Assembly (NCBI GenBank): GCA_037139835.1
Contig: JBAXFQ010000001.1
Coordinates: 12,780 to 76,779 of the forward strand
From: Candidatus Nomurabacteria bacterium
GTDB lineage: Bacteria; Patescibacteriota; Minisyncoccia; Phycocordibacterales; UBA9973
Reading direction: 5' to 3'
DNA length: 64,000 bases
This document shows, piece by piece, positions 1 through 11,091 of the stretch; within the stretch, counting starts at the first letter, position 1, and each line of letters opens with the position of its first letter. The notes beneath the pieces are model-generated. The model was not told the origin of the DNA and ran no database searches. It saw nothing but the letters and a program-made list of their open reading frames with translations. Made by a program: the position numbers and the translations under genes.

Positions 1-65
1 ATTGTTTTAATAGTTCTGACTTTAGTAAATTACCAAAGTGGAGATTGCTAGGGGAGTCAAAGGAA

Positions 66-971
66 ATGTCTTTAGTTTTTAAAGAACAGTTGTCAAAATT
101 TTTGGCGAAGTATGGATTAAATGATAGTGAAACATTTTTTAATAGTTGGATTGAATCAGATTATCAAAATAGTGGTAGTTGTATTGAAAAAAATATGAAC
201 CATGTCGTTTTATTAGAAAAACAAAAACCAGGTTCATCAAAAATATTATACGAAAATAACGGCATCACTCGTTTCGATAGAATGTCTCCAGATTTTTGGT
301 TAAAACAAATTGCAATTGGAGATACTCCTGGTAGGTTTGGAATGTTTATAGTTTCGCGTCATGATCATAATAATTCATTTGAATCAGAAGAGGCTGGACC
401 GAAACTTGAAAAAGTTTATGATAATTTGGAACAAAATAATTATATTACACGATATATAGAAGTTGCTAATAAAATAGACTTAGCTAAAAAATTGCTAAGA
501 CAAAATATTGTTTTAGGTGATCAAAATAAAATAGAATATGCACTCGTTTTTGCGCATGGTTCGCCTGATGGTATTGCCTTAACGCAAAATTTTGATGAGA
601 AAAGTCTAGAAGAGGTCGCATCTGCTAATTTTAAAAGAGCAAAAGATATTAAATATATAGATAAATCTGATTTTGAGGGAGATGGTTTCAAGAGCGCTAA
701 AAAGTTTTTTATTGATGAACCAACTGTTGGTTTTATTTCTTGTTCTGTTGGGGCTCCTGATGGTTTTGTACAGTCATTTTCTAAAACATATAATGCAAAT
801 TCAATTGGGGCTGATAAGCCTATTGGTTTAAAAGATGTATCAGTTGTTTTTAATAATGATAAGCCTGAATTTAATATAGAATATAGAGTAACAGAAGACA
901 CTTTAAAAAATACTTTTTCTGATGGAGAAATTATTCGACAAGAAAAAATATCTCCAGTTGAAGAAGAATAG
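66..971 (+). CDS. Hypothetical protein; possible caspase/CHAT-like (C14-fold) peptidase with a candidate His-Cys dyad (LVFAHGSPDG ... GFISCSVGAPDG)
   Basis: ORF 45..971. The ATG at 66 is preferred because it follows a purine-rich SD-like stretch (ggggagtcaaaggaa); position 45 is a TTG. The motifs 'hydrophobic-x-HG' and 'hydrophobic-SC-x-G' about 60 aa apart resemble the catalytic dyad of caspase-like peptidases. Confidence 0.45.
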   Translation: MSLVFKEQLSKFLAKYGLNDSETFFNSWIESDYQNSGSCIEKNMNHVVLLEKQKPGSSKILYENNGITRFDRMSPDFWLKQIAIGDTPGRFGMFIVSRHDHNNSFESEEAGPKLEKVYDNLEQNNYITRYIEVANKIDLAKKLLRQNIVLGDQNKIEYALVFAHGSPDGIALTQNFDEKSLEEVASANFKRAKDIKYIDKSDFEGDGFKSAKKFFIDEPTVGFISCSVGAPDGFVQSFSKTYNANSIGADKPIGLKDVSVVFNNDKPEFNIEYRVTEDTLKNTFSDGEIIRQEKISPVEEE

Positions 972-987
972 CATAATTTATTGTTTT

Positions 988-3174
988 TTATTCGAAATGT
1001 AATTTTAAATCCTTTTCTATTAGGTTTTTAGCTAGAAGAGGGGATGATTTTAGGTTTGTATCTATTTCTATTATTTTTATCGCTTCTGTTCTTGCGGCTT
1101 CTACCATTTTTATATTCTTGATTGCTTCCATTCCTAGATCTGTGATACCCCATTGTTTGTCTCCAGAAAGAAGTCCTGCTCCACGAAGTTGTAGATCTAG
1201 CTCTGCCAATTCAAAACCATTGGCAGCTTTTGTGAGAGCTTTGAGTCTATCCATAGTCTTGTCTGTTTTTGCGTCAGCAAATAGATAACAATATGATTGG
1301 TGTGTAGAACGAATAACTCTTCCTCTTAATTGATGAAGTTGAGCTAGTCCAAATCTCTCAGCTCCTTCTATGACTATAACTGTAGCATTTGGAACGTTGA
1401 CTCCAACTTCAATAACAGAAGTAGAGACTAGTATATCTATCTTCTTTTCTGCAAAATCTTTCATAACTTTTTCCTTCTTATCTTTAGTCATCTTACTGTG
1501 CATGATATCAATATTGTAATTTTGGAAGATATCTTTCTTTAGTCTTTTAGCTTCAGTGGTGACAGATTTAACATCAAGTTTTAATTTTTCTTCTTCATCA
1601 TCTCCATCAGCAATCTTCGGACAAATCACATATAGTTGTCGTCCAACTTCTAATTCTTTTTTTATTTTTTCATAAGACTCTGTCCTTTTATTTTCTCCTA
1701 CTATTTCTGTGATGACCTGCTTGCGACCCAAGGGCATTTGGTCGATGATACTTAGGTCTAAGTCTCCATAGATAGTGAGGGCAAGAGTACGAGGTATAGG
1801 AGTAGCCGTCATTGAAAGGTAGTGTGGAGCATGACCATCTTTTTTAGCGAGCTTCATTCTTTGATTAGTTCCAAAGCGATGTTGTTCATCTATAATCACT
1901 AGTCCTAAATCTTCAAATTCGACAGTCTTTGATATCAGAGCATGTGTTCCGATAACTATAGGTATTTCACCATTTTTAACCCATTTGAGCAGTTGATTTT
2001 TAGCTATAGGAGTCCAAGTTTTGATTTGTGAGCCATTCTCCCAGCGAGCACTCTTACTTGGGTATTTACGACAACCAGAGCCTGTCATGAGGGCTATAGA
2101 GATACCTGTGTGTTCGAAGTATTGAATAAAATTTTCATATAGCTGAGTAGCGAGTACTTCAGTCGGTGCCATATATGCGACTTGTAAATTACCAAAGTTT
2201 TGACCCAGTGGTCTATTCTTGATAACTGCATAAGCAACCGTAGCTGCGACAAAAGTTTTACCACTTCCTACGTCTCCTTCGACAAGACGAGACATAGGTT
2301 TATCCTTTACAAAATCTCCTAGGATAGTATCAATAGCATCTGATTGTGCCTTTGTTGGGGTGAAAGGAAAACGAGATATAAAGTCATCTACATCTTTATG
2401 TGGGATTTTCAATTTATAAGAAAATAGTGATTCATATTTTTTCTTTTCTTGCTGACGAGCAAGCTGTATAAAAAATACTTCTTCAAAAGCAAATCTTTTT
2501 CGTGCTATTTCTGCATGCTCTTTTTTTTGTGGCATGTGGACCCAAAATAGAGCTGTGTGTAAAGCTGGTAATTTATATGTGTTTAATATATCTAGAGGGA
2601 TATAGTCTTCTATACTTGTTACACAGTCTTGTTTAAGTATCTTCTGGATTGCGTGGTAAAACCATTTAGATGTTATTCCTCTCGATTCTCTGTATATAGG
2701 AAAGCCGTATTGGATCTGTGTACCCTTATTGTTAAATAAAGAGTCATGGATGTCTATCGGAAGTATATCCTCTTTTGTTATTTCAGGGTTAGTCAGTGTC
2801 AGACCGTATGTTTTACTGTTGGTCACTTTTCCTGTTACTCGCACAGTTGAGCCTTCCTTCAACATTTTAGCTAAGTATGGCTGGTGAAACCAAATGATGT
2901 TGATAGATCCTGTAAGATCCGACAGACGAGCCTCTCCCATAGGGATTTTACTTTTAAAACCTTTTTTAGTTTTTAGTCCTGTAATGTTTCCAAGAATGGT
3001 TACATTCTCTCCATCTTCTAGTGTATTTATGTTTCTTATTTCACTTATGTCACTGTATCTAGAAGGGAAGTGATAAAGAAGATCTTTGATTGTTTTTAAG
3101 CCAAGTGTAGAGAGTGCTTTTTTTTGATTTATATCAATTCTGAAATGGTTTTCTATTTTATCCTCTAATTTCAT
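988..3174 (-). CDS. recG: ATP-dependent DNA helicase RecG
   Basis: 728 aa with Walker A GDVGSGKT, a DEQHRFG box and a helicase C-terminal domain. Length and N-terminal wedge region fit RecG rather than Mfd. Confidence 0.85.
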   Translation of the reverse strand: MKLEDKIENHFRIDINQKKALSTLGLKTIKDLLYHFPSRYSDISEIRNINTLEDGENVTILGNITGLKTKKGFKSKIPMGEARLSDLTGSINIIWFHQPYLAKMLKEGSTVRVTGKVTNSKTYGLTLTNPEITKEDILPIDIHDSLFNNKGTQIQYGFPIYRESRGITSKWFYHAIQKILKQDCVTSIEDYIPLDILNTYKLPALHTALFWVHMPQKKEHAEIARKRFAFEEVFFIQLARQQEKKKYESLFSYKLKIPHKDVDDFISRFPFTPTKAQSDAIDTILGDFVKDKPMSRLVEGDVGSGKTFVAATVAYAVIKNRPLGQNFGNLQVAYMAPTEVLATQLYENFIQYFEHTGISIALMTGSGCRKYPSKSARWENGSQIKTWTPIAKNQLLKWVKNGEIPIVIGTHALISKTVEFEDLGLVIIDEQHRFGTNQRMKLAKKDGHAPHYLSMTATPIPRTLALTIYGDLDLSIIDQMPLGRKQVITEIVGENKRTESYEKIKKELEVGRQLYVICPKIADGDDEEEKLKLDVKSVTTEAKRLKKDIFQNYNIDIMHSKMTKDKKEKVMKDFAEKKIDILVSTSVIEVGVNVPNATVIVIEGAERFGLAQLHQLRGRVIRSTHQSYCYLFADAKTDKTMDRLKALTKAANGFELAELDLQLRGAGLLSGDKQWGITDLGMEAIKNIKMVEAARTEAIKIIEIDTNLKSSPLLAKNLIEKDLKLHFE

Positions 3175-3218
3175 AATAAGAGCATTATAACATATAAGAA
3201 AATAACACCAGGATGGTG

Positions 3219-3587
3219 TTATTTGAGTAGTATTTTATTTATGTATTCTACGAGTTCTTCAAGAGAGAAGTTTGACTTAATCATGAATCTGGTAGCTCCT
3301 AATCCGTTGGCTTTATCTATATCACTTTTTTCTGATAGGTTAGAAAATACAATTACAGGTATATTTTTGTTTAATTCTCCTTCCCTTATCTTTTTAAGAA
3401 TTTGAAATCCATCATAGTTAGGTAATAGCAAGTCCAATAGAACTAAATCAACTTTAGAGTCTGATATTCTTCTCATACCATCTTCTCCATTGATAGCAGT
3501 TATAACTTCATAGCCACTATTCTTTATTTTAGTAGCTTCAAGTCCTTGTAAGAATTCATCGTCTTCGATTATCAGTATTTTTTTCAT
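3219..3587 (-). CDS. Stand-alone response-regulator receiver domain protein (CheY-like)
   Basis: 122 aa with conserved receiver motifs (acidic pocket DD, LLDLLLP, a phospho-acceptor Asp context and K near the C-terminus). It lies directly downstream of a histidine kinase. Confidence 0.8.
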   Translation of the reverse strand: MKKILIIEDDEFLQGLEATKIKNSGYEVITAINGEDGMRRISDSKVDLVLLDLLLPNYDGFQILKKIREGELNKNIPVIVFSNLSEKSDIDKANGLGATRFMIKSNFSLEELVEYINKILLK

Positions 3588-3610
3588 ATATTTTTATTAT
3601 ATCATAGCTA

Positions 3611-4354
3611 TTAATCTATCGGTAGCAAGACAAAGAAAGTAGTTCCTTCCTTTTTGCTTTCGAACCATATTTTACCTTTATTCTTATCCACTAAACTCTT
3701 TGTTGTAAAAAGACCAAGTCCAGAACCCGTATTCTCTTTTTCTATAGCATTTGGGGCTCTGAAGAATTTACCGAATACTTTCGAAGCATCATCTTCTTTT
3801 ATGCCTATACCGTTATCTTCGATAGACACTAGAATTCCATTTTCTTTTTCATCTTTTTTAATGCGTATTATTATTTCTCCATTGTTGTGACTGTATTTGA
3901 TCGCATTTTCAACTAAATTCTCAAATACACTCGTGATCATATCCTCATCGCATTTGACTTCAAGATGTTCACTATCTTCTTTGTTGAATATTAGATTTAT
4001 ATTTTTATTTTTAATCTCACCTGAGAATATAAATATAATTTTCTCTAATAGGTTAAGTATATCTATCTTGGATAAATTTATGGATTCTTTTATTTCACCT
4101 GTATGGTTAGAAACAAGTACATAATTTATGAGCGATAAGGATTTTTCATTATTTTCAATAAGTTTTTCTAGATACTTTTTCTGTTCATCAGTTATTTCTC
4201 CCAAATCTTTATTTAAAAACATTCGAAGAGTCCACTTTAGAGCTGTGAGGGTAGTACGTATCTTATGCGAAGTCGTTGAAAGTATATCAGATTTGCTTTC
4301 GATCATCTTTTTTAAACTCTCATTTTCAGATTTTAATTTTTTGATCTCATCCAT
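3611..4354 (-). CDS. Soluble sensor histidine kinase (HisKA + HATPase_c)
   Basis: H-box SHKIRTTL, N-box, and G1/G2 boxes DNGIGI and GSGLGL. There is no TM segment, but a coiled-coil N-terminus. Confidence 0.8.
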   Translation of the reverse strand: MDEIKKLKSENESLKKMIESKSDILSTTSHKIRTTLTALKWTLRMFLNKDLGEITDEQKKYLEKLIENNEKSLSLINYVLVSNHTGEIKESINLSKIDILNLLEKIIFIFSGEIKNKNINLIFNKEDSEHLEVKCDEDMITSVFENLVENAIKYSHNNGEIIIRIKKDEKENGILVSIEDNGIGIKEDDASKVFGKFFRAPNAIEKENTGSGLGLFTTKSLVDKNKGKIWFESKKEGTTFFVLLPID

Positions 4355-4358
4355 ATAT

Positions 4359-4739
4359 TTATTTTTTCATTGTAGTATTCAAGGAGTTTATTTTCCCTAT
4401 ATCCATTTTTCCGATTTGCTCTTGGTCTATACGCATTAGCTTTACCCCTGCGTAGACTACTAGTGCAATCACAATAAAATCAATTCCGTTATTTAAGAAT
4501 CTTCCATAGAAGATTGATGTTTTGCCTATGTGATAAACTTCTGAATTTAAATCATTCACTCCACCCATGAGTCCGTTCATGATAGGGTATATAATATCTG
4601 CTACGAGAGATGATACAAATTTAGAAATTGCTCCTCCTAAGATAAAACCTATAGCTAGAGTAATAATACCTTGGTTTCTCAAGAATTCCCTAAAACCACT
4701 TAACCCTCTAAGTTTTTTAATTCTTTCTAATCTTTTCAT
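4359..4739 (-). CDS. mscL: Large-conductance mechanosensitive channel MscL
   Basis: GFREFLRNQGIITLAIGFILGGAISKFVSSLVADIIYPIMNGL matches the MscL TM1 signature. Start is moved to the internal ATG (MKRLERIKK). Confidence 0.8.
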   Translation of the reverse strand: MKRLERIKKLRGLSGFREFLRNQGIITLAIGFILGGAISKFVSSLVADIIYPIMNGLMGGVNDLNSEVYHIGKTSIFYGRFLNNGIDFIVIALVVYAGVKLMRIDQEQIGKMDIGKINSLNTTMKK

Positions 4740-4835
4740 TTTTTTAGTATAGCAAATAAATCGATATTTTTTAAGAGTCAACTGATTTGCTTTTATATTC
4801 ACCTTTATATAGTATAAAAGAAAAAAGGAGGAAAA

Positions 4836-5240
4836 TTGAAGAAAAAGAAAATTCTAAAAGTCGTACGGTTCTTTTCTGCTGGGATAATAAGCACAATTTT
4901 TGGTTTTTCAATGCTTTATGCTTTTACCGAATATATTGGAATCCATTATTTGTTATCATTTGTGATGTCGTTTATTATAAGTGATATTTTTAGTTTTGTA
5001 ATTAAGAAATTTTGGGTATTTGAAGAAAAAAATATTAAGGAAGCTAAGCTTCAAATATTTTTATATCTGGTATTATCCATTATGTATTTAATTACAAATA
5101 CGGGGCTTCTTCTTATAGGGGTAGAGTATTTACATATACATTATCTTATCATCCAAGCAGTAGTAATATTTTTATTGTTGATGCCTAATTATGTACTTTC
5201 TCAGAAGATCTTTATCGTACAAAAAATCCAACAGCGTTAG
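4836..5240 (+). CDS. GtrA-family membrane protein (polyprenyl-P-sugar flippase-like)
   Basis: 134 aa with four TM helices. The N-terminal pattern RFFSAGIISTIFGF ... EYIGIHY ... KFWVF is typical of GtrA (PF04138). Confidence 0.65.
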   Translation: MKKKKILKVVRFFSAGIISTIFGFSMLYAFTEYIGIHYLLSFVMSFIISDIFSFVIKKFWVFEEKNIKEAKLQIFLYLVLSIMYLITNTGLLLIGVEYLHIHYLIIQAVVIFLLLMPNYVLSQKIFIVQKIQQR

Positions 5241-5262
5241 ACGTTGTTGGATTTTTATTTTT
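5224..5262. terminator. Bidirectional rho-independent terminator hairpin between the GtrA-like gene and the minus-strand tRNA
   Basis: Inverted repeat atccaacagcg / cgttgttggat flanked by A- and T-runs. Confidence 0.5.
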
Positions 5263-5263
5263 G

Positions 5264-5350
5264 CGGAGCTGGCTGGATTCGAACCAGCGGGGGAAATTAC
5301 TCCCCGCCTCTTTAGCAAAGAGGTAGATTAAACCACTCTCCCACAGCTCC
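5264..5350 (-). tRNA. tRNA-Ser (anticodon GCU), type II with a long variable arm
   Basis: Hand-folded cloverleaf: acceptor GGAGCTG/CAGCTCC, anticodon stem CCTCT/AGAGG, loop TTGCTAA, long variable arm, T-loop TTCGAAT and discriminator G. Confidence 0.8.
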
Positions 5351-5570
5351 TTATAATATAAAGTATCATAATTATTCTTATTTCTCAATAATATTTTATT
5401 ATTAAAATAAATGTGCTAAGATAATCAAAGTAAATCACAAGGAGGCGTGGATATGAAATGTAAACTGCTTTACATTTCATCCGTTCAGATATTTTATCTG
5501 AAAAGCTATATGCTTTAAGCATAGCTTTAGGGAAGGGCCCGGGAGGGCACGAAGACACAACGACGAGTGA

Positions 5571-6977
<1,407 letters not shown>

Positions 6978-7012
6978 TTTTAAAAAATTATATTTTAAGA
7001 TACAATACAATC

Positions 7013-7189
7013 ATGGAAACAATACAAACATTTATACAAACTATTTGGGCTTCGGTCCTTTTACTTGGATGGTTTAAGGTAATTATTATTGTAGTAGCAA
7101 TAGCGCTGCTTTCAAAGTATCAGTATATATTAGGAATGTTGGCGGCTTTATTGTTCGTTGCATTTTTGGGACATTGGATATCTTTCTAA
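7013..7189 (+). CDS. Small hydrophobic protein (58 aa, two predicted TM helices), not in the ORF table
   Basis: ATG..TAA ORF with two clean hydrophobic stretches (WASVLLLGWFKVIIIVVAIALL and ILGMLAALLFVAFLGHW) immediately downstream of eno. Confidence 0.3.
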   Translation: METIQTFIQTIWASVLLLGWFKVIIIVVAIALLSKYQYILGMLAALLFVAFLGHWISF

Positions 7190-7334
7190 TTTATAGAATA
7201 TAGGGTGTAAAAGAAAATGAGTAAAGTAAGACTTTACTCATTTTCTTTTTGACAAAAAAACACAAAAGGTATAATATTTCTGCAAGTAATGTTGGCAATA
7301 TCAATTCAGATATTGCTTTTAAATTTTTTAAATT

Positions 7335-7733
7335 ATGGGGAAAAATATTGTAAAGCCTAACAGTGTGGCTACAACAGCACGTTATTCTGATGCGGATTTA
7401 GCCTATTTTGAGAAGATTATTAATCTCAAGCTTGAAAAAGCACGTCAAGACCTAGCTGTCTATAAAAGCTCAGGAACGAACGCGAATGGGACTGAAGATA
7501 CCAGCCCAACTTTCAAAGCGATTGATGAAGAATCATCTCCTACTGCACTTAAAAAAGAAAGAGATGATGCTATTTCAAGATTGAATAAGTTTATCTCCTA
7601 TTTAGAGGAGGCGCTTGTCCGTGTTAAAAATAAGAGTTATGGAGTTTGCCGCAAGACAGGAACTCTTATTCCTAAAGAACGTCTTATTGCTGTTCCACAT
7701 GCTTCATTATGCATTGAAATGAAGGCTTATTAA
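7335..7733 (+). CDS. DksA/TraR-family protein with a degenerate C4 zinc finger
   Basis: The C-terminus YGVCRKTGTLIPKERLIAVPHASLCIEMK aligns with the DksA/TraR finger YG.CE.CG..I...RL.A.P.A..C..C, but only two of the four Cys are kept. Confidence 0.5.
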   Translation: MGKNIVKPNSVATTARYSDADLAYFEKIINLKLEKARQDLAVYKSSGTNANGTEDTSPTFKAIDEESSPTALKKERDDAISRLNKFISYLEEALVRVKNKSYGVCRKTGTLIPKERLIAVPHASLCIEMKAY

Positions 7734-7935
7734 TTAAGTTAAATTAATTTAAAAAAAGAAAAAAGATGAAAATGTCAAAGAAGAGGGATCACTATTCCTC
7801 AAAAGAATTAACAGATTTTGCTTACAGCGAAAACCAAAATTCCCCAATTGATATTAAAGAAGATGAAAGAGAGGAAACTACTCAAGAGGATTTTGTAGCT
7901 GAAGAGTAATTAACTCGATAAAACTGTAAATTATA

Positions 7936-7975
7936 AAATGGCTCAGTCTTAATTAAGACAGAGCCATTTATTTTG
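7936..7975 (+). terminator. Rho-independent terminator
   Basis: aaatggctcagtctta / taagacagagccattt inverted repeat (one mismatch) followed by TATTTTG. Confidence 0.6.
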
Positions 7976-8158
7976 ATTAAAATCGATTTAAGGTATAATA
8001 TAAGTATATGAAACCACAATCTAATAAAATATGGTTTATTATAGCGGTTGTTATTATTGGTAACATTGCAATTTTTTATAACATGTCAAAAAAGTTAGAA
8101 AGTTATGTAGCAGATAGTATGATTGAAAATACAGTTATTGGTGGTATAAGTAATAATT

Positions 8159-8698
8159 ATGGACAAAAGTAAATTAACGACAAGTCAGAAAATAAAGAAA
8201 AATATCTGGAAGCATCTTTATAAATATTTTCCATGGGTTCAAAAGCATTTTTTGAAATGGCATTTAGTGTGGCATGAGAAGGGTCGTCAGCCTTACCACA
8301 TAGGATGGCTTGCTCCAGGGAAGACACTTGAAGAGCTAGAGAAGCACTTGCATACTGAATGGGGATTTGGTAATCATTTCGTAGCTTGGAAAGACAATGG
8401 CCAAGTTCTTTCTTGGCGTAAGCTTGAAGATTTCGACAATCAGTACCATCTTCGCGTTTTTAAAGATGGAGAAATAAGAGGGCACCATGAATTTACTCCT
8501 GAGAGTAAGCCATTCGAACATTTTGTGGAAATAAGTGAAGAATCACGAATAGATGAATTTAAAAAGTTTTTAGGGCATTATATCGTAGAAAAGAAACATA
8601 TTTCACATTTAAAAATGGATAGAAAAACTGCTCCAGATTCTGAGATTACAGTTGATGATCCACTAGATAAAAATGGAAGACATAAAAGAAAACAATAA
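8159..8698 (+). CDS. Hypothetical His/Trp-rich protein
   Basis: 179 aa with no recognisable motif and coding-like composition. Confidence 0.45.
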   Translation: MDKSKLTTSQKIKKNIWKHLYKYFPWVQKHFLKWHLVWHEKGRQPYHIGWLAPGKTLEELEKHLHTEWGFGNHFVAWKDNGQVLSWRKLEDFDNQYHLRVFKDGEIRGHHEFTPESKPFEHFVEISEESRIDEFKKFLGHYIVEKKHISHLKMDRKTAPDSEITVDDPLDKNGRHKRKQ

Positions 8699-9674
8699 GA
8701 TTATAAAAATTTTATCAGAATTACCAGATTTAGATAATAATTATAAAGAGATATCCGTAGAGATGACTCCAGATGGAACACCATTGGCTGTGGCTTTTTT
8801 TGATATAGATAAGACTCTGGCTGAATTAAAAAATATACATGGTAGGTCTATTAAAACTTTATTTAAAATTTTCTTTGATAAAGATTTTGAAGGAATAGAA
8901 GAAGTTTATTTTCGAGGTTTTAGACTTGGTAATTCATTTCGAGAATTTGATCGCATGAACGGTATATATAATTTGGGATACAAGGAGTGGATAGATGAAA
9001 ATGTTTATATAAAAGAAAGACTAAATCATAAAAAGAAAGAGATTGATAGTGAAGGGAATGAGACTCACGATACTGCCAAGATGTATCTCGAAAAGTATGT
9101 TGAAATAGCTTCTTCTGTCGCAGAGGATATATATAAAAATGACAAAGAAGAGTTTGAGCTTTCTAAAATAAAGCCTGTTTTTGCTTTAGCTAAATTTTAT
9201 AAAAGTATGGGTATTCCTATGTTTGGAATGACTGCAAATGGTAAAAAATTTGTATATACAATTTCAAAATACCTAAATTTGTTTGATTTTTTTATTGATA
9301 TAGCTACGGACGAAGATATGGTAGGGGGAGGAAAAGAGATCATAATACCAAAGCTAATAAAAAAGCTTGAAGACAAGGGAGTGAAAGTTTCAAAAGAAAA
9401 GCTTGTTATAGTTGGCGATTCTCTATCGGGAGACATAGGTAGTGGATATAGATATAAAGATGGAGAAAAAGAAGTTTTTATAAAAGGCATACTTGTTCTT
9501 AAGGATGTGATAGAGCTTAAGAAAATTAAGAATCAAATATCCCAAAATCCAGAACTTTCCAGAATCATAAAGAATACAGATACAGAAGCTTTTATAACTG
9601 ACAATGTAAAGATGGATATTCATGGATTACCTATGATTATGGGGGATAAAAGAAATTTCTTGGTCAAATTATAA
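8673..9674 (+). CDS. HAD-superfamily hydrolase-like protein
   Basis: Motif I FFDIDKTL (DxDxT) and motif IV VGDSLSGD. It overlaps the upstream ORF by 26 nt. Confidence 0.55.
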   Translation: MEDIKENNKIIKILSELPDLDNNYKEISVEMTPDGTPLAVAFFDIDKTLAELKNIHGRSIKTLFKIFFDKDFEGIEEVYFRGFRLGNSFREFDRMNGIYNLGYKEWIDENVYIKERLNHKKKEIDSEGNETHDTAKMYLEKYVEIASSVAEDIYKNDKEEFELSKIKPVFALAKFYKSMGIPMFGMTANGKKFVYTISKYLNLFDFFIDIATDEDMVGGGKEIIIPKLIKKLEDKGVKVSKEKLVIVGDSLSGDIGSGYRYKDGEKEVFIKGILVLKDVIELKKIKNQISQNPELSRIIKNTDTEAFITDNVKMDIHGLPMIMGDKRNFLVKL

Positions 9675-9702
9675 AATGCGTTAGGCTTTGCCTAACGCAT
9701 TT
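9672..9702 (+). terminator. Rho-independent terminator
   Basis: gcgttaggc ttt gcctaacgc hairpin followed by ATTTTAT. Confidence 0.6.
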
Positions 9703-9736
9703 TATAATTATTTTCTAATCACTAAAACCTAATTTA

Positions 9737-10939
9737 CTATTCACTAATTTTAGATTCTGGATAGATTACATCCCATAGTGCTCCTGCCACATTGTGTGGT
9801 TTTCCGACAAGAGGGAAGTGATGAAGATCAATAAATGGAGCAGAATTGCATTCTATGACTCCACTTTTTGGTTGGTCTTTCCACGATATAGATACATCGT
9901 CCATTATAAAGTCTACACCGATAAGTGGGTCGTCTAATACTTCTCCGATTTTTTCAAGCATTGCTATATTGTCTTTGTGTATTACTTCGGTCATATCTGT
10001 TATACCTCCTCCTACTGCACGACTAGTTTTTTGTCCGAGTGTTATTACTTCTTTGTCTTTTGGTATTGTTAATTCTGTTTTGTTCCAGTGTGTAAGTTCT
10101 TTGATTGCTTCTTCGTCTAAAGCAAGCTGATGAAATATTGGTCCATGACGTAGAGGATTTTTATTTTCTATTTCTATTAATTCTTTTACGTTGTGTATCC
10201 CATCTCCGATAACATAAGCTGGCTCACGTCGTAAACATGCGACAAACTTTTTACCAATGACAGTCCCTCTAAAGACGTAACCAGAAAGTTCTTCTTCAAT
10301 CATAACCCAAGGAGATAGTTGGTGTGCCTTTTTGTAAGAAGCTATTAGATTTGCTTCATCTGATATATGCGTTGTAGTATGACGACTTCTAGAACCTAGA
10401 TTTGGCTTTGTTATTACAGGTTTGTTTAGAGTATTGAATATTTTAACAGCTTGTTTTACACTACCTGCTATACCTCCGCTCGCTACTGGTATACCTTCTT
10501 TTTTAAAATGCTTTTTCATTTCATTCTTATTATCCATCCAGGAAAGACCCTTTGGGTTATAATTTTTTGTTCTAGGAAGTACATCAAAGAATCTTGTTTC
10601 ACCTTTGAATTTTGATATAAAAATATCACGACCAACACCAAATAAAAGGAACTCTTTCATAACGATTCCTCTTTTTATTGCTTCTTCCCATAAAACTCTT
10701 GCTCTTAGACTGTCTTTTTTTTCAGGTTTATCTATATATTTTCCTAAATGTAAAATTACTAAAATTCTTGTAATTATTGGTCCGATCCATTCTAGTTTAT
10801 CTTCAGGAATTATATTATCCATCCAGCTTGTCCATGGTTCTATCTTATTACTTAGCCATATTGATATATAAGCAAGATTATGATTTACCTGGGCACCTCC
10901 ACAATCTACACAATACTTTTTCTTTTTTTGTTCTGACAT
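9737..10939 (-). CDS. ATP-grasp domain protein (cyanophycin-synthetase/RimK-like) with an N-terminal Cys-rich ribbon
   Basis: 400 aa with YCVDCGG at the N-terminus. The ATP-grasp core motifs include GVIECNSAPFIDLHH, matching the ievNaaPgl..H box of CphA-type ATP-grasp enzymes. Confidence 0.55.
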   Translation of the reverse strand: MSEQKKKKYCVDCGGAQVNHNLAYISIWLSNKIEPWTSWMDNIIPEDKLEWIGPIITRILVILHLGKYIDKPEKKDSLRARVLWEEAIKRGIVMKEFLLFGVGRDIFISKFKGETRFFDVLPRTKNYNPKGLSWMDNKNEMKKHFKKEGIPVASGGIAGSVKQAVKIFNTLNKPVITKPNLGSRSRHTTTHISDEANLIASYKKAHQLSPWVMIEEELSGYVFRGTVIGKKFVACLRREPAYVIGDGIHNVKELIEIENKNPLRHGPIFHQLALDEEAIKELTHWNKTELTIPKDKEVITLGQKTSRAVGGGITDMTEVIHKDNIAMLEKIGEVLDDPLIGVDFIMDDVSISWKDQPKSGVIECNSAPFIDLHHFPLVGKPHNVAGALWDVIYPESKISE

Positions 10940-11091
10940 ATGTTTACAATATACCAGAAATTTACCTCCATACCTACTTTTTTATGGTTATTATTGTATT
11001 ATTGTATTATTTTTTAAATCAAATCATTAAAATATATAAATATATTTTCATTTTACAAAATGAACAATTACAAAAAAGTGGGTGTATGGTT

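Noticed and set aside
521-901. 126-aa minus-strand ORF inside the first gene
   Set aside because: It is antisense to a longer, more coding-like plus-strand ORF and has no motif support.
5442-5520. 21-aa ORF MKCKLLYISSVQIFYLKSYML between the two Ser tRNAs, with an SD-like AGGAGG
   Set aside because: The AGGAGG is part of the duplicated tRNA 5' end (AGGAGGCGTGGAT), not a genuine ribosome-binding site. The ORF is short, unconserved-looking and overlaps a hairpin, so it is not called.
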